Below, piece by piece: positions 1-9,526 of a DNA stretch of 64,000 nt. Where the stretch lies: the NCBI GenBank assembly GCA_965205015.1, contig OZ242029.1, positions 2,048,001-2,112,000 on the forward strand. The letters run 5' to 3'. The position numbers and the translations under genes were made by a program. Under the pieces are notes generated by a model. The model was given only the letters and a program-made list of their open reading frames with translations. It did no database searches and was not told the DNA's origin. This DNA is from Candidatus Poribacteria bacterium (GTDB lineage: Bacteria; Poribacteria; WGA-4E; WGA-3G). How positions within the stretch are numbered: position 1 is the first letter of the stretch; every line of letters begins with the position of its first letter.

Positions 1-2
1 CA

Positions 3-2078
3 AAGGAAGCCTGTGGGAATGTCGTGCGAAACGTTACAGCATGCCCGCTCAGCGGTGTCTGTCAAGATGAGACATTTGACGTAACACCCTATTCTAAGGC
101 GTTGTCTGCATTCCTTTTAGGGCATCCAGATGCCCAAGATTTTGGTCGTAAGTTCAAAATCGCGTTTTCTGGATGTGAAGAACACGCGTGCGGCTTAGCA
201 AATATGCACGACATCGGTGCCGTCGCTGCTGTTAAAGAGGTGGACGGTGAAGTCAAACGCGGTTTTAAACTTTATGTCGGCGGCGGACTTGGCGCAGTAC
301 CACATCAGGCGAAAGTGTTTGATGATTTTGTCTCCGCAGAAGAACTCCTCCCGATTTCACAATCAATTTGCAGGGTTTTCACCCGTTTAGGGGAACGCCG
401 GAATCGGAATAAGGCGCGTTTAAAATTTGTGATCGCCAAATACGGCATTGAGGAATTCCGTAGACAGGTCCTTGAAGATCGCGCTACCTTACGGCACGAC
501 CCAGCATGGACGGCGTATCTGGACAATCTCGACGCTTACAACGAAAGTCCCCTCAAGGCACCGACGCAACTCAATGGTGCTTCAAGACCTGATGGGTTTG
601 AAGAGTGGTATCAATCGAATGTGCGGTTACAGAGTCAACCCGGCTACGCTTTTGTGACAATTACGCTACCGCTTGGGGATATTACCGCAGATCAGACGCG
701 CGCTTTGGCAGATATTTCACGGAAATATGTCAAAGATACCATCCGTGCCACGGTCGAACAGAACATCGTTCTCCGCTGGGTAACCATGACGGATCTCCCC
801 GCACTCTATCGTGAACTCAAAGAGATTGGTTTGGGTGACCCGGGCGCAGAATCCATGGTTGATATTACCGCATGTCCCGGTACTGACTCTTGCAAACTGG
901 GGGTTTCTTCTTCACGCGGTCTGGCAGCGCACCTGCGAAACTATTTCATTGAAGCCGGTGTGCAGAATGAAATCAAGGACTTTCGGATTAAGATTAGTGG
1001 ATGCCCCAACTCCTGTGGACAGCACCACATCGCGAATATTGGCTTCTTCGGATCCTCGCGTCGGATGGGTGAGCATATTGCGCCTTACTATCAGGTACTA
1101 CTCGGTGGACACATGGTGGAAAACGCCAGTTCTTACGGACTTGCCACTGGAAAAATCCACGGCAAATATATTCCAGCGTTCATTGAGGAATTAACCGGCA
1201 AGTACACGACGGAACGCAATGAGGAAGAGTCCTTTACCGATTACGTCGCACGGCTCGGTAAGGCGGAGATCAAGCAGATCTTGTCCAAGTACGATAAGAT
1301 TCCGTCTTATGAGGAAGCACCAGAGTTCTATGTGGACACCGGCGACACGAAGGATTACCAACTCAAGACAGGGGTCGGTGAATGTGCAGGAGAGGTCGTA
1401 GCACTTGTCTCCATGAAGTTGGAAGAGGCAGACCGACTCATCTATGAATCCGGATTGAATTTGGAAAAGGGTGAATATCAAGATTCCGCGGAGATGGCTT
1501 TTAATGCAATGATCAGAGCCGCAGACGGACTCTCAACGACGGTGGGGTTGCAATATATTGATGACGCAACCACTGTCAACGAATTCCGCACCCATTTCTT
1601 TGAACCTGGTAACTTCTTCCCCGGTTACGGTGCGCACATCTTCAAGGCGACTGAGGAAGATGCTTCTACGTTTGATCACGAATTGGCACACCGTCGCGTT
1701 GAAGAAGCGACACTCTTCGTAGAAGAATCGCATAACGTGTATAATCGTATGCGCATCAAGCAGGAGGAAGAGGAAGAGAGTCGTCGTAAACGACGTCGCT
1801 CACGACCTGCCCGGAAACCGCGGGTTGTCAAGAAGGCGAAACCCGTTGAGGAAATCGTGGATAGCCTCGATCTCAAAGGGGTTGCCTGCCCGTTCAACTA
1901 CGTCCAAGCAAAGATTCGGTTGGAAACGATGGACCTCGGTCAGCTTCTCGAAGTCACCATCGACGATGGCGAACCCATTGAGAACGTCCCCAAGAGCCTC
2001 ACTAACGATGGGCATGAAATCGTTGACACCAAGAAGATCGGAAAGCACTACCGTCTCACCGTTCGGAAGGGTGAGTAA
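3..2078 (+). CDS. Nitrite/sulfite reductase (siroheme/4Fe-4S) fused to a helical HEPN-like domain and a C-terminal TusA/SirA-like sulfurtransferase domain; 5'-truncated by the window edge
   Basis: Frame is open from position 3 (KEACGNVVRNVTACP). Motifs ITACPGTDSC...ISGCPNSCG and a first-half TACPLSGVC...FSGCEEHACG; C-terminal LDLKGVACPFNYV is the TusA CPxP-like motif. Confidence 0.85.
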   Translation, partial: KEACGNVVRNVTACPLSGVCQDETFDVTPYSKALSAFLLGHPDAQDFGRKFKIAFSGCEEHACGLANMHDIGAVAAVKEVDGEVKRGFKLYVGGGLGAVPHQAKVFDDFVSAEELLPISQSICRVFTRLGERRNRNKARLKFVIAKYGIEEFRRQVLEDRATLRHDPAWTAYLDNLDAYNESPLKAPTQLNGASRPDGFEEWYQSNVRLQSQPGYAFVTITLPLGDITADQTRALADISRKYVKDTIRATVEQNIVLRWVTMTDLPALYRELKEIGLGDPGAESMVDITACPGTDSCKLGVSSSRGLAAHLRNYFIEAGVQNEIKDFRIKISGCPNSCGQHHIANIGFFGSSRRMGEHIAPYYQVLLGGHMVENASSYGLATGKIHGKYIPAFIEELTGKYTTERNEEESFTDYVARLGKAEIKQILSKYDKIPSYEEAPEFYVDTGDTKDYQLKTGVGECAGEVVALVSMKLEEADRLIYESGLNLEKGEYQDSAEMAFNAMIRAADGLSTTVGLQYIDDATTVNEFRTHFFEPGNFFPGYGAHIFKATEEDASTFDHELAHRRVEEATLFVEESHNVYNRMRIKQEEEEESRRKRRRSRPARKPRVVKKAKPVEEIVDSLDLKGVACPFNYVQAKIRLETMDLGQLLEVTIDDGEPIENVPKSLTNDGHEIVDTKKIGKHYRLTVRKGE

Positions 2079-2230
2079 AGTCCAAGGTTGTGGTTCCTCA
2101 GAACCGAATTTCACACAGGCGATTGCCGCCCGCGCCCAAAACGGGTGTGGGTGGGCAAACGCCCTAATTTTTTTCAAAATTTATGTTCCATAAAGCCAAT
2201 ATAATACTGTGGGAAATGAATTAATTAATA

Positions 2231-2569
2231 ATGCGTGACGTACATCCGCGTGAAATCGAATATTACTACACACCAAACGGCCAACGCCCTTTCATTGAGT
2301 GGTTAGAGTCAATCCAAGATATACGGACACAAGATCGGATTCAGGCACGCGCGGACCGCCTTAAATTTGGCAATTTTAGTGATTACAAACCTGTTGGTGA
2401 CGGTGTCTGTGAGTTACGTCTCAACTTTGGACCAGGTTATCGAATATATTTTGGGATGGTAGATCGTACAATTGTCCTTCTGCTCTGTGGTGGTGACAAG
2501 TCATCGCAGAGACGTGATATTGAGCGTGCAAAAACGTACTGGCGAGAATACAAGGAGACACATTCATGA
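2231..2569 (+). CDS. Type II toxin, RelE/ParE family (addiction module killer protein)
   Basis: PFIEWLES...RLKFGNFSDYKPVGDGVCELRLNFGPGYRIYF...LLLCGGDKSSQ signature; 4-nt overlap with the next gene. Confidence 0.88.
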   Translation: MRDVHPREIEYYYTPNGQRPFIEWLESIQDIRTQDRIQARADRLKFGNFSDYKPVGDGVCELRLNFGPGYRIYFGMVDRTIVLLLCGGDKSSQRRDIERAKTYWREYKETHS

Positions 2570-2943
2570 GAAAAATGGGAAAATGGCGCGAGTATCTCAT
2601 CGAAAAACTTGCAGATCGAGAAAGGGCAATTGGTTATCTCCAAGCAATTCTCGACGATTACTATATCTACGGAGGGACTGCTGTAGTTAGGGATGCTCTT
2701 GATACTGTTGTTGAAGCTCAGGGTGGGGTTTCCAAGCTTGCAAAGTATGCCGATATAGACCCACAAGTGCTTTCAAGAGTGCTATTCAACGAAAAGACAC
2801 CGCTAATTGACGCACTTGGAATCGTTCTGAAAGCACTCGGATACCAACTTTCAATTAAGCCTTTAGAAAGCGAAAATTCCAACCTTAGCACTGATACTGT
2901 GCAAACGACACATGTGGCGGAAAGCTCTACCTCATTACAATAA
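2566..2943 (+). CDS. Cognate HTH antitoxin (addiction module antidote protein)
   Basis: YL..L...ALDTVVEAQGGVSKLAK...HTH...LKALG pattern; translationally coupled to the toxin. Confidence 0.8.
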   Translation: MRKMGKWREYLIEKLADRERAIGYLQAILDDYYIYGGTAVVRDALDTVVEAQGGVSKLAKYADIDPQVLSRVLFNEKTPLIDALGIVLKALGYQLSIKPLESENSNLSTDTVQTTHVAESSTSLQ

Positions 2944-2945
2944 AT

Positions 2946-2974
2946 TGACTTTCCGAACAAATTACAGTATAATA
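2946..2974 (+). promoter_or_regulatory. Sigma70-type promoter
   Basis: TTGACT-17 bp-TATAAT directly after the antitoxin, pointing at 3100. Confidence 0.6.
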
Positions 2975-3099
2975 AAGACAGCGGATTGTAATGAATCCAG
3001 CAGGAATAGTGTGCTGGTAATTAAAATATCGCGGGTGAACCCTGCTCTTACACGAAAAGCCCTTCTGGGCGTTATGTTTATAGGAAATTTTTTACCAGA

Positions 3100-3678
3100 A
3101 TGGATCTACAACAGATTAACATTAAGGTTTTTACAACCGAAGATAGCAAAATCAACTATACCAACTTCATCAAGGTCTTCAACCGTTGGATGGAGGAAGC
3201 GGATTCGGAGGATTATTTGAACTACGCCGACTATTCGCACGTTGATGCAGGACCGGGTGTACTGTTGATTTTGAAGCAAGCCAACTATAGCATCGACAAT
3301 GCTTACCATGAGGACGGGTTCCTCTATAACCGGAAACATGCAGTCGAAGGCGACAATGCTGACAAGATTCGCCAAGCACTCGCAGAAGTGCTCTCCAAGT
3401 GCGAACAACTTGAAGCAGCAGCAGAGTTGGAAAACGCAGTGCATTTCAACGGCGGAGACCTCCTGTTCATGATAAACAATCGGCATATCGCACCGAATAC
3501 ATCAGAGACAGCAGCGTCCGTTGAGGCAGACCTAACACCCGTCCTACAACAGATGTACGGCGGTGACGATTTCACCGTGGAACGCACCTCTGAAGATGCC
3601 CGCGAACGGTTCGCTTTGCGAATCTCGGCGAACGCGGATAAACCCATTTCAGAACTCCTCTCTAATCTGGGAGCCTAA
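3100..3678 (+). CDS. Hypothetical protein (192 aa) in the sulfur-assimilation cluster
   Basis: Clean ORF with host-like codon usage; stop is 1 nt before the MoeB start. Confidence 0.7.
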   Translation: MDLQQINIKVFTTEDSKINYTNFIKVFNRWMEEADSEDYLNYADYSHVDAGPGVLLILKQANYSIDNAYHEDGFLYNRKHAVEGDNADKIRQALAEVLSKCEQLEAAAELENAVHFNGGDLLFMINNRHIAPNTSETAASVEADLTPVLQQMYGGDDFTVERTSEDARERFALRISANADKPISELLSNLGA

Positions 3679-3679
3679 G

Positions 3680-4486
3680 ATGTTTAACTTCAGCAACGAA
3701 CAGATTGAACGCTACAGCCGACATATTATTCTCAACGAGGTCGGTGGGATGGGGCAGACGCGGTTGCTTGAATCGAAAGTGCTACTTGTCGGGGCAGGTG
3801 GACTCGGTTCCCCTATTGGAATGTATCTTGCAGCGGCAGGGGTCGGCACGATCGGCATTGTTGACGACGATGCCGTCGATCTCAGTAATTTACAACGTCA
3901 AATATTGCACGGTGTCAGCGACATCGGCGTTCTGAAGACAAAGTCCGCAGAAGCCACTATCGCAGAGATGAACCCAGATGTCAAGGTGATCCCCTACAAC
4001 GAGCGTATCACTTCGGAAAACGCTTTTGAGATATTAGAGCCGTATGATCTGATTGTAGATGGGTGCGACAACTTTCCAACCCGCTATCTTCTCAACGACG
4101 CATCTGTTATGCTTGGCAAGCCGATTGTGCACGGCAGCATTTCCCAGTTTGAAGGACAGGCCACCGTCCTTTACCCGGGCAAAGGACCCTGTTATCGATG
4201 TATCTTTCCTGAACCGCCACCCCCAGGGATGGCACCGAGTTGCCAAGAAGCCGGTGTCTTTGGGGTGTTACCCGGCATTATCGGCACAATTCAAGCCGTT
4301 GAAGCGCTTAAAGTCCTGCTGGACATGGGTGAATCGCTAATTGGGAGCCTTCTGCTTTTCGACGCGTTATCGATGGATTTCAACAAACTGAAACTCCGCC
4401 AAAATAGCGATTGCCCGATGTGTGGTGAGAATCCCACCATCCATGAATTGATTGATTACGAGGAATTTTGTGAGGTGCGTTGGTAA
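3680..4486 (+). CDS. moeB: MoeB/ThiF-family adenylyltransferase (E1-like)
   Basis: ERYSRHI, VGAGGLG, DLSNLQRQ, DGCDNF, CYRC and CPMCG motifs; start reassigned to ATG 3680. Confidence 0.85.
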   Translation: MFNFSNEQIERYSRHIILNEVGGMGQTRLLESKVLLVGAGGLGSPIGMYLAAAGVGTIGIVDDDAVDLSNLQRQILHGVSDIGVLKTKSAEATIAEMNPDVKVIPYNERITSENAFEILEPYDLIVDGCDNFPTRYLLNDASVMLGKPIVHGSISQFEGQATVLYPGKGPCYRCIFPEPPPPGMAPSCQEAGVFGVLPGIIGTIQAVEALKVLLDMGESLIGSLLLFDALSMDFNKLKLRQNSDCPMCGENPTIHELIDYEEFCEVRW

Positions 4487-5826
4487 TCCAACGAATTGTC
4501 ATGGCTATAGGCGATCGCGGATTTCATGTGTTTCAACGCCGCGTGAATTTCAGGGAGTTCCTCAAATCCGTAAGATATACGGAACTGTCGTTTCCCAGCC
4601 TCAACCATTTCTCCATCGGGGTGGACACAATGTTCCCCCGGAATGTAAATCACTTTCGGATGCTGGAAACCTGGCGGTCCATCGACCGTTTCCTGTCCAG
4701 TTGTTCGCGTCAAAAACTTGAAAAAATCAGAGGTCGTGTCTGTTGTGACACTCGCCAGTGTCAAGTAGTAGTAGAATCCAGCACTCCCACCCCGGCACTC
4801 CTGAACGTTATCACCCAGTAATTCTGCCATCCACGCTTTGACCTGTTTCGCCTTCTGGTGATACCCGTTATTAACCTTTTGGATTTGTGCTGCTATGCCG
4901 TGGTCGAGTAGGTAGCTTGCGATTTCTTGATTGATTAACGGCGCGCTGAAGCCGATGTCGCTTGTACGTTGAATAACACTGTCAAGAAACCGACCTTTCG
5001 GACCGATGAGGTAACCGATGCGTAACCCTGGGGCAAGGATCTTTGACAATGTGCCAATTTCATAGACAATGCCGAGTGTATCGTAGCAGCGCGCGGACGC
5101 CAAGGGTTCGACTGCACTGTCATGCACGAGGTCGCTATAAGCATTATCGAAAAAAATGGGGATTTTGCGTCCGACTTCGTATGAAAGTCGGGTAACAATA
5201 TCAACGAGTTCTCTCTTACGATGATTGGATAGAATTGTACAGGTCGGATTGTTAACCGTTACAACATAAAAAAAGCGGATAGCCTCTTTTTGGTTGCCAA
5301 GCGTCTTTAGTTTCGTCCGCAGACGTTCAGCATTAAGTCCTTCGTCATCCTCAGGTATCGCGATAACGCTGAAACCTTTCCGCCCCAAATCGTTGCAGTA
5401 GATATAATACATCGGATCCGCGGTCAGCACAATACCGGCAGGAAGTAGGTGGGTAATGCTCTCTAACAAACTCGTCGCACCGTTCGCGCCGATAACAATG
5501 TCTCGACCGTTCAAGGTCTCTTCAGTGATCCCGCCAATCCGATTCTCGATGTGAAACCTTCTGAGTGACGCAATCAGGTTCGGCGAACCTTGTGCCCCAC
5601 CGTAATTGAGAGAGGCGCGGTATTTTTGAGGGTGCGCCAGAACCTCTTCACAGGCGTGCTGAATCTGTTGATGCGGAATTGTTCGTTCATTGACATATCC
5701 GACACCGAGGTTGATATCGCGTCCGTCTCGAAAGCCGACAGCGAAATCGGTCATCAGCTGATTAACTGGGGACGGTATACTTGAGGCTTTTCCGTAATCA
5801 GAAAGCGGGACATCGCGGATCTTCAT
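4456..5826 (-). CDS. PLP-dependent aminotransferase, class I/II (LysN/MocR-like catalytic domain)
   Basis: NNPT, DNAY and GTLSKILAPGLRIGY motifs. Confidence 0.82.
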   Translation of the reverse strand: MKIRDVPLSDYGKASSIPSPVNQLMTDFAVGFRDGRDINLGVGYVNERTIPHQQIQHACEEVLAHPQKYRASLNYGGAQGSPNLIASLRRFHIENRIGGITEETLNGRDIVIGANGATSLLESITHLLPAGIVLTADPMYYIYCNDLGRKGFSVIAIPEDDEGLNAERLRTKLKTLGNQKEAIRFFYVVTVNNPTCTILSNHRKRELVDIVTRLSYEVGRKIPIFFDNAYSDLVHDSAVEPLASARCYDTLGIVYEIGTLSKILAPGLRIGYLIGPKGRFLDSVIQRTSDIGFSAPLINQEIASYLLDHGIAAQIQKVNNGYHQKAKQVKAWMAELLGDNVQECRGGSAGFYYYLTLASVTTDTTSDFFKFLTRTTGQETVDGPPGFQHPKVIYIPGEHCVHPDGEMVEAGKRQFRISYGFEELPEIHAALKHMKSAIAYSHDNSLDYQRTSQNSS

Positions 5827-5848
5827 ATTTCGTTGGGGTGCTGTGCGT

Positions 5849-6757
5849 TTATAGCAGGTCTCTCAAAGCAGATTCAAGCGTCCGATGGCGGAATTCGTAG
5901 CCGCTGACTTCCGTTTTCTCTGGAAGTACGTTCTGGCTCAGCACAACGAAGTCCGCAAATTCGCCCATCATCAACCGCAAGCCGAACGTCGGGACAGGAA
6001 ACAGTGTGGGTCGCCGTAGCACAGTGCCGAGCGTCTTCGTGAATTCCAGATTTCTGACAGGGACGGGTGCCGTCGCGTTCAGAGGACCCCGAATCTCTTC
6101 ATTCTCTAAAGCGTGTATCACGATACCAACGACATCGTCGACATGAATCCAAGACATCCACTGCCGCCCATTGCCGAGTATACCACCGACTCCCATTTTA
6201 AAGGGGGGAAGGACCTGTGTTAACAGCCCGCCTCCTAATCCAAGCACAAGCCCAATGCGAACCATAACTACCCGAATCCCAAACGCCTCCGCTTTTTGTG
6301 CCTCTGTTTCCCATTCTTGACAGACTTCTGCGAGAAAGTCGGTCCCAGCGGGCGACACCTCCGTAAAATGCGCGTCGCCACTATCCCCATAGTATCCGAT
6401 TGCGGAAGCACAGACAAGTACATCCGGTTTTGTTGACTGCTCCGCAAACGACGCAACGAGGTTTCGGGTCGAGAGAATTCGGCTCTCCCGTATCCGCCGT
6501 TTTTTTTCGGCGTTCCATCTACCGGCGATAGTTTCACCCGCCAGATGAACAACCGCTTTCGCATCTGATACGGCTTCTGAAGGGAGCTTTTCGGTTTCAG
6601 GGTTCCAACCATAGACCGCGCTTACGGATTTCAATTGCGTTTGTGCGCGTGTCGGATTACGAGAGAGGACCTGCACGGTATCGCCCTGTTCATGGAGGAC
6701 AGTGCAAACTCGACTGCCAATGAATCCGGTACCACCGGAGACCAATACATTTGCCAT
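5849..6757 (-). CDS. TIGR01777/YfcH-family NAD-dependent epimerase
   Basis: GGTGFIG, HLAGE, ASAIGYYG, WMSWIH, NATAP motifs. Confidence 0.88.
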   Translation of the reverse strand: MANVLVSGGTGFIGSRVCTVLHEQGDTVQVLSRNPTRAQTQLKSVSAVYGWNPETEKLPSEAVSDAKAVVHLAGETIAGRWNAEKKRRIRESRILSTRNLVASFAEQSTKPDVLVCASAIGYYGDSGDAHFTEVSPAGTDFLAEVCQEWETEAQKAEAFGIRVVMVRIGLVLGLGGGLLTQVLPPFKMGVGGILGNGRQWMSWIHVDDVVGIVIHALENEEIRGPLNATAPVPVRNLEFTKTLGTVLRRPTLFPVPTFGLRLMMGEFADFVVLSQNVLPEKTEVSGYEFRHRTLESALRDLL

Positions 6758-6776
6758 TTTTTCTTCCTTACGTTCC

Positions 6777-7505
6777 CTATTTTGACAGTTCAGTAATGGT
6801 GGTTTCTAACTTCCGATAGTCGTCGACAACAGCATCACTCAGCGTGTCGTCTCCTTCCCCTTTATTGAAGCCTGCGAAACGAATCGCTTTCATCCCGGCG
6901 TTTTTTGCCCCGACAATGTCCGTTCGGAAAATATCGCCGACGTGCACCGCTGCCGCGGGTTCAGCGTTCAGTTGTGCTAAAGTTGAATGGAATTGCACCA
7001 CTTGAGGTTTTGTATAATCCGTTTCGTCGGAGAATGTGAAAGCTGTAAAGTATTGCAAAATGCCGTCACGTGCCATCAGTTTTCGCGCAAAGCTGCCGGG
7101 CGTTAGTGCCGAGTCTGATATAATTCCAAGGGGATAACTTTCACTCAACCGAGAAATGACCGGTTTAACATGTGGCATCATAATCGGCGGTGCTTCCAAG
7201 AAAGCTGCACCAAGGCACGCAATTAACTGGTCAAAGTCTTCCGCCTCAAGCTGCAGGTGAAGCACCTCGGCGAACCGATGCATACACCGTTTCACGGAGA
7301 TCCCTTTATGTTGATGCCATAGAGACGCTACCAAATTGTATGCCTCTTCAAGTCCGAATTCCACGTCCTCCAATGTGCAAGTATAGTCGCGGCTGCCAAG
7401 ATACGTATGACAGTGCGCAACGCGTATCGCCTGACGCTTTCGCCAGTTGCTATCGGAATCTGCATAAAGGGTTTGCCAAAAATCAAATGTAATCGCTTTA
7501 AACAT
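6777..7505 (-). CDS. HAD-superfamily hydrolase
   Basis: FDFWQTL (motif I), KP, HVGD...DIVGAKNAGM. Confidence 0.85.
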   Translation of the reverse strand: MFKAITFDFWQTLYADSDSNWRKRQAIRVAHCHTYLGSRDYTCTLEDVEFGLEEAYNLVASLWHQHKGISVKRCMHRFAEVLHLQLEAEDFDQLIACLGAAFLEAPPIMMPHVKPVISRLSESYPLGIISDSALTPGSFARKLMARDGILQYFTAFTFSDETDYTKPQVVQFHSTLAQLNAEPAAAVHVGDIFRTDIVGAKNAGMKAIRFAGFNKGEGDDTLSDAVVDDYRKLETTITELSK

Positions 7506-7563
7506 CAAGTGTTTCCATTTCTAAGGTGCGTTTCCATCTCAGGGGAGAAGGGACGCATATTAT

Positions 7564-7656
7564 TACAACTTACGCAATTTCTATGGAAGACCTACGGCCC
7601 ACACGCCGCTGGCGAGGTTTCAAACCTCGCCAGCAAAGGATGCTGCGTAAGTCCTG
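7564..7656. mobile_element. 93-bp MITE-like element containing a REP-like hairpin
   Basis: Ends TACAACTTACGCA...TGCGTAAGTCCTG; 5-bp direct repeat ATTAT at 7559-7563 and 7657-7661; internal GCTGGCGAGGTTTCAAACCTCGCCAGC. Confidence 0.7.
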
Positions 7657-7896
7657 ATTATAAAACATAATTCCATTTTATCCGATTTGGATGAAAAAAT
7701 CAAGTGAGATGTGGTTTTATTCAGGGCTATTTCGTTTTCGTTTTTCTGTAAGTTTCGCTTTCTCCAGAAAAAACAGATCTGCCAGGAAAATCAGCACAAA
7801 ACGCGCTTGAATCAAAATAGACTTGCAATTTCCTTTTAAAAGTGATACCATAATTATATGTAGGCAATCAATAGGCAAACAGATTGCGTCCGATGT

Positions 7897-9405
7897 GTGC
7901 GGAGGAATACGAAGTTGCGGTTGAATCGTCGAATTATCCCTGGGTATACGACCACCCGTTTAATACTCGTTTACTTCATTGTCGGGTTGGGCACACTAAT
8001 ATTTGGGTTCTTTCATTATACCCAACAGATTTCTCGGCTGAATGCGGATATAGAAGCCCAAATAGACCTTTTCGCGGATCTCGCAGCGGAACTCCCCGGC
8101 GTGGAGAACCGAGGGTTGCAACAAAAGTTAGTTACGATCGTCGGAAAATCATTCGCTGAAGACAGATCACGTACATTCTCGTTCATCATCACGGATGCAC
8201 AGGAGAACGTTTTAATTACGCGAGGCGTTGACCAACAATTAGACGCGAAAATTGACAGTTTGGATATCAAAGTCAACGAAAATGAAGATCTCTCGTTAAC
8301 ACAAAATGAGCGTGCTTTGTTAGAGTCAACATTAGCACGCATGAAAAAAAAACATCTACCTCGTGAAATACACATGCTCCTTGAAGACAGGCAGTTAAAG
8401 GGGTATATTTACTATGGAGATGCCGCACCCAGTGAAATGGCAGATATGCCTTTTGTGATGACCGATACCACTGGCACACCGCAGAAATGGCAGATATGGG
8501 GCGATATTATTACTGCGGATCAGGCAACTGCGGAGGAACAGGAACGAGCGAAAATTTTCATTCAGAACGCACCCGCATCCTCTGCGATTGAAACAATACC
8601 CGAATGGCACAAAGGCTACTTCTATTATGAAAGTAAGCCATACTATGGATTAGTCGTGCCTCTCATAGCACCGGGGGTCCTCTTCGCATTTGGGACTGTC
8701 TGTTTCCTCGTCTATCAACGGATAAAGTCTTATGAACACTCGGCAATTTGGGGAGGCTTAGCCAAAGAGACCGCGCATCAACTCGGAACACCTATCTCGT
8801 CGCTCTTGGCGTGGACAGAACTGCTCCATGAACGTGGTAAAGAGAATGATGATCCAGCACTTGCTGAACTCTCCGAAAGTATGAGGAACGATCTGGAGCG
8901 TTTGCAGAAAACAACCGCTCGCTTCGGTATGATTGGCACGCAGCCCCCACTGACCGAAGTGAATATGAATGAAGTCTTTGAAGAAGTTCGAGCATATTTT
9001 GAAAAACGGCTACCGCATATCAGTCGACGCGTTGAAATTCGATTGAAATTGCAGGAAACACCGCCTATACTCGCAAACGCCCAATTACTGCACTGGGTGT
9101 TTGAAAACTTAATTCGTAATTCGTTGGATGCAATGGACAAAACGGATGGATGGATCCAGATTGAACCAACGTATGACAAACGACACGGCGATGTTGTTAT
9201 CCAATATGCGGACAATGGAAGCGGGATCGCCCGCGAAAATCAGCGAAAGATCTTTGAACCCGGGGTGTCTACCAAGGCACACGGATGGGGACTCGGGCTA
9301 ACAGTCGTACAACGGATCATCCGTGAGTACCATCACGGAAGTATCCGCATGATTAAAACGAGTCCTAACGGGACAACTTTTGAAATTCGGCTGCCAGTTG
9401 CATAA
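7897..9405 (+). CDS. Membrane sensor histidine kinase
   Basis: Two hydrophobic segments; H-box LAKETAHQLGTP, N-box ENLIRNS, DNGSG and GWGLGL G-boxes. Confidence 0.9.
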   Translation: MRRNTKLRLNRRIIPGYTTTRLILVYFIVGLGTLIFGFFHYTQQISRLNADIEAQIDLFADLAAELPGVENRGLQQKLVTIVGKSFAEDRSRTFSFIITDAQENVLITRGVDQQLDAKIDSLDIKVNENEDLSLTQNERALLESTLARMKKKHLPREIHMLLEDRQLKGYIYYGDAAPSEMADMPFVMTDTTGTPQKWQIWGDIITADQATAEEQERAKIFIQNAPASSAIETIPEWHKGYFYYESKPYYGLVVPLIAPGVLFAFGTVCFLVYQRIKSYEHSAIWGGLAKETAHQLGTPISSLLAWTELLHERGKENDDPALAELSESMRNDLERLQKTTARFGMIGTQPPLTEVNMNEVFEEVRAYFEKRLPHISRRVEIRLKLQETPPILANAQLLHWVFENLIRNSLDAMDKTDGWIQIEPTYDKRHGDVVIQYADNGSGIARENQRKIFEPGVSTKAHGWGLGLTVVQRIIREYHHGSIRMIKTSPNGTTFEIRLPVA

Positions 9406-9526
9406 CCCGTCTTAACGGACGATGTGGAATTACCTGTGGGGTTTTCCTACGTCCGCTGAAGTGAAAACTTTCACTCCCGTTAATTGGACGCTATACGGCA
9501 CCTGAGCAGATTTTGAAAACTTACGT

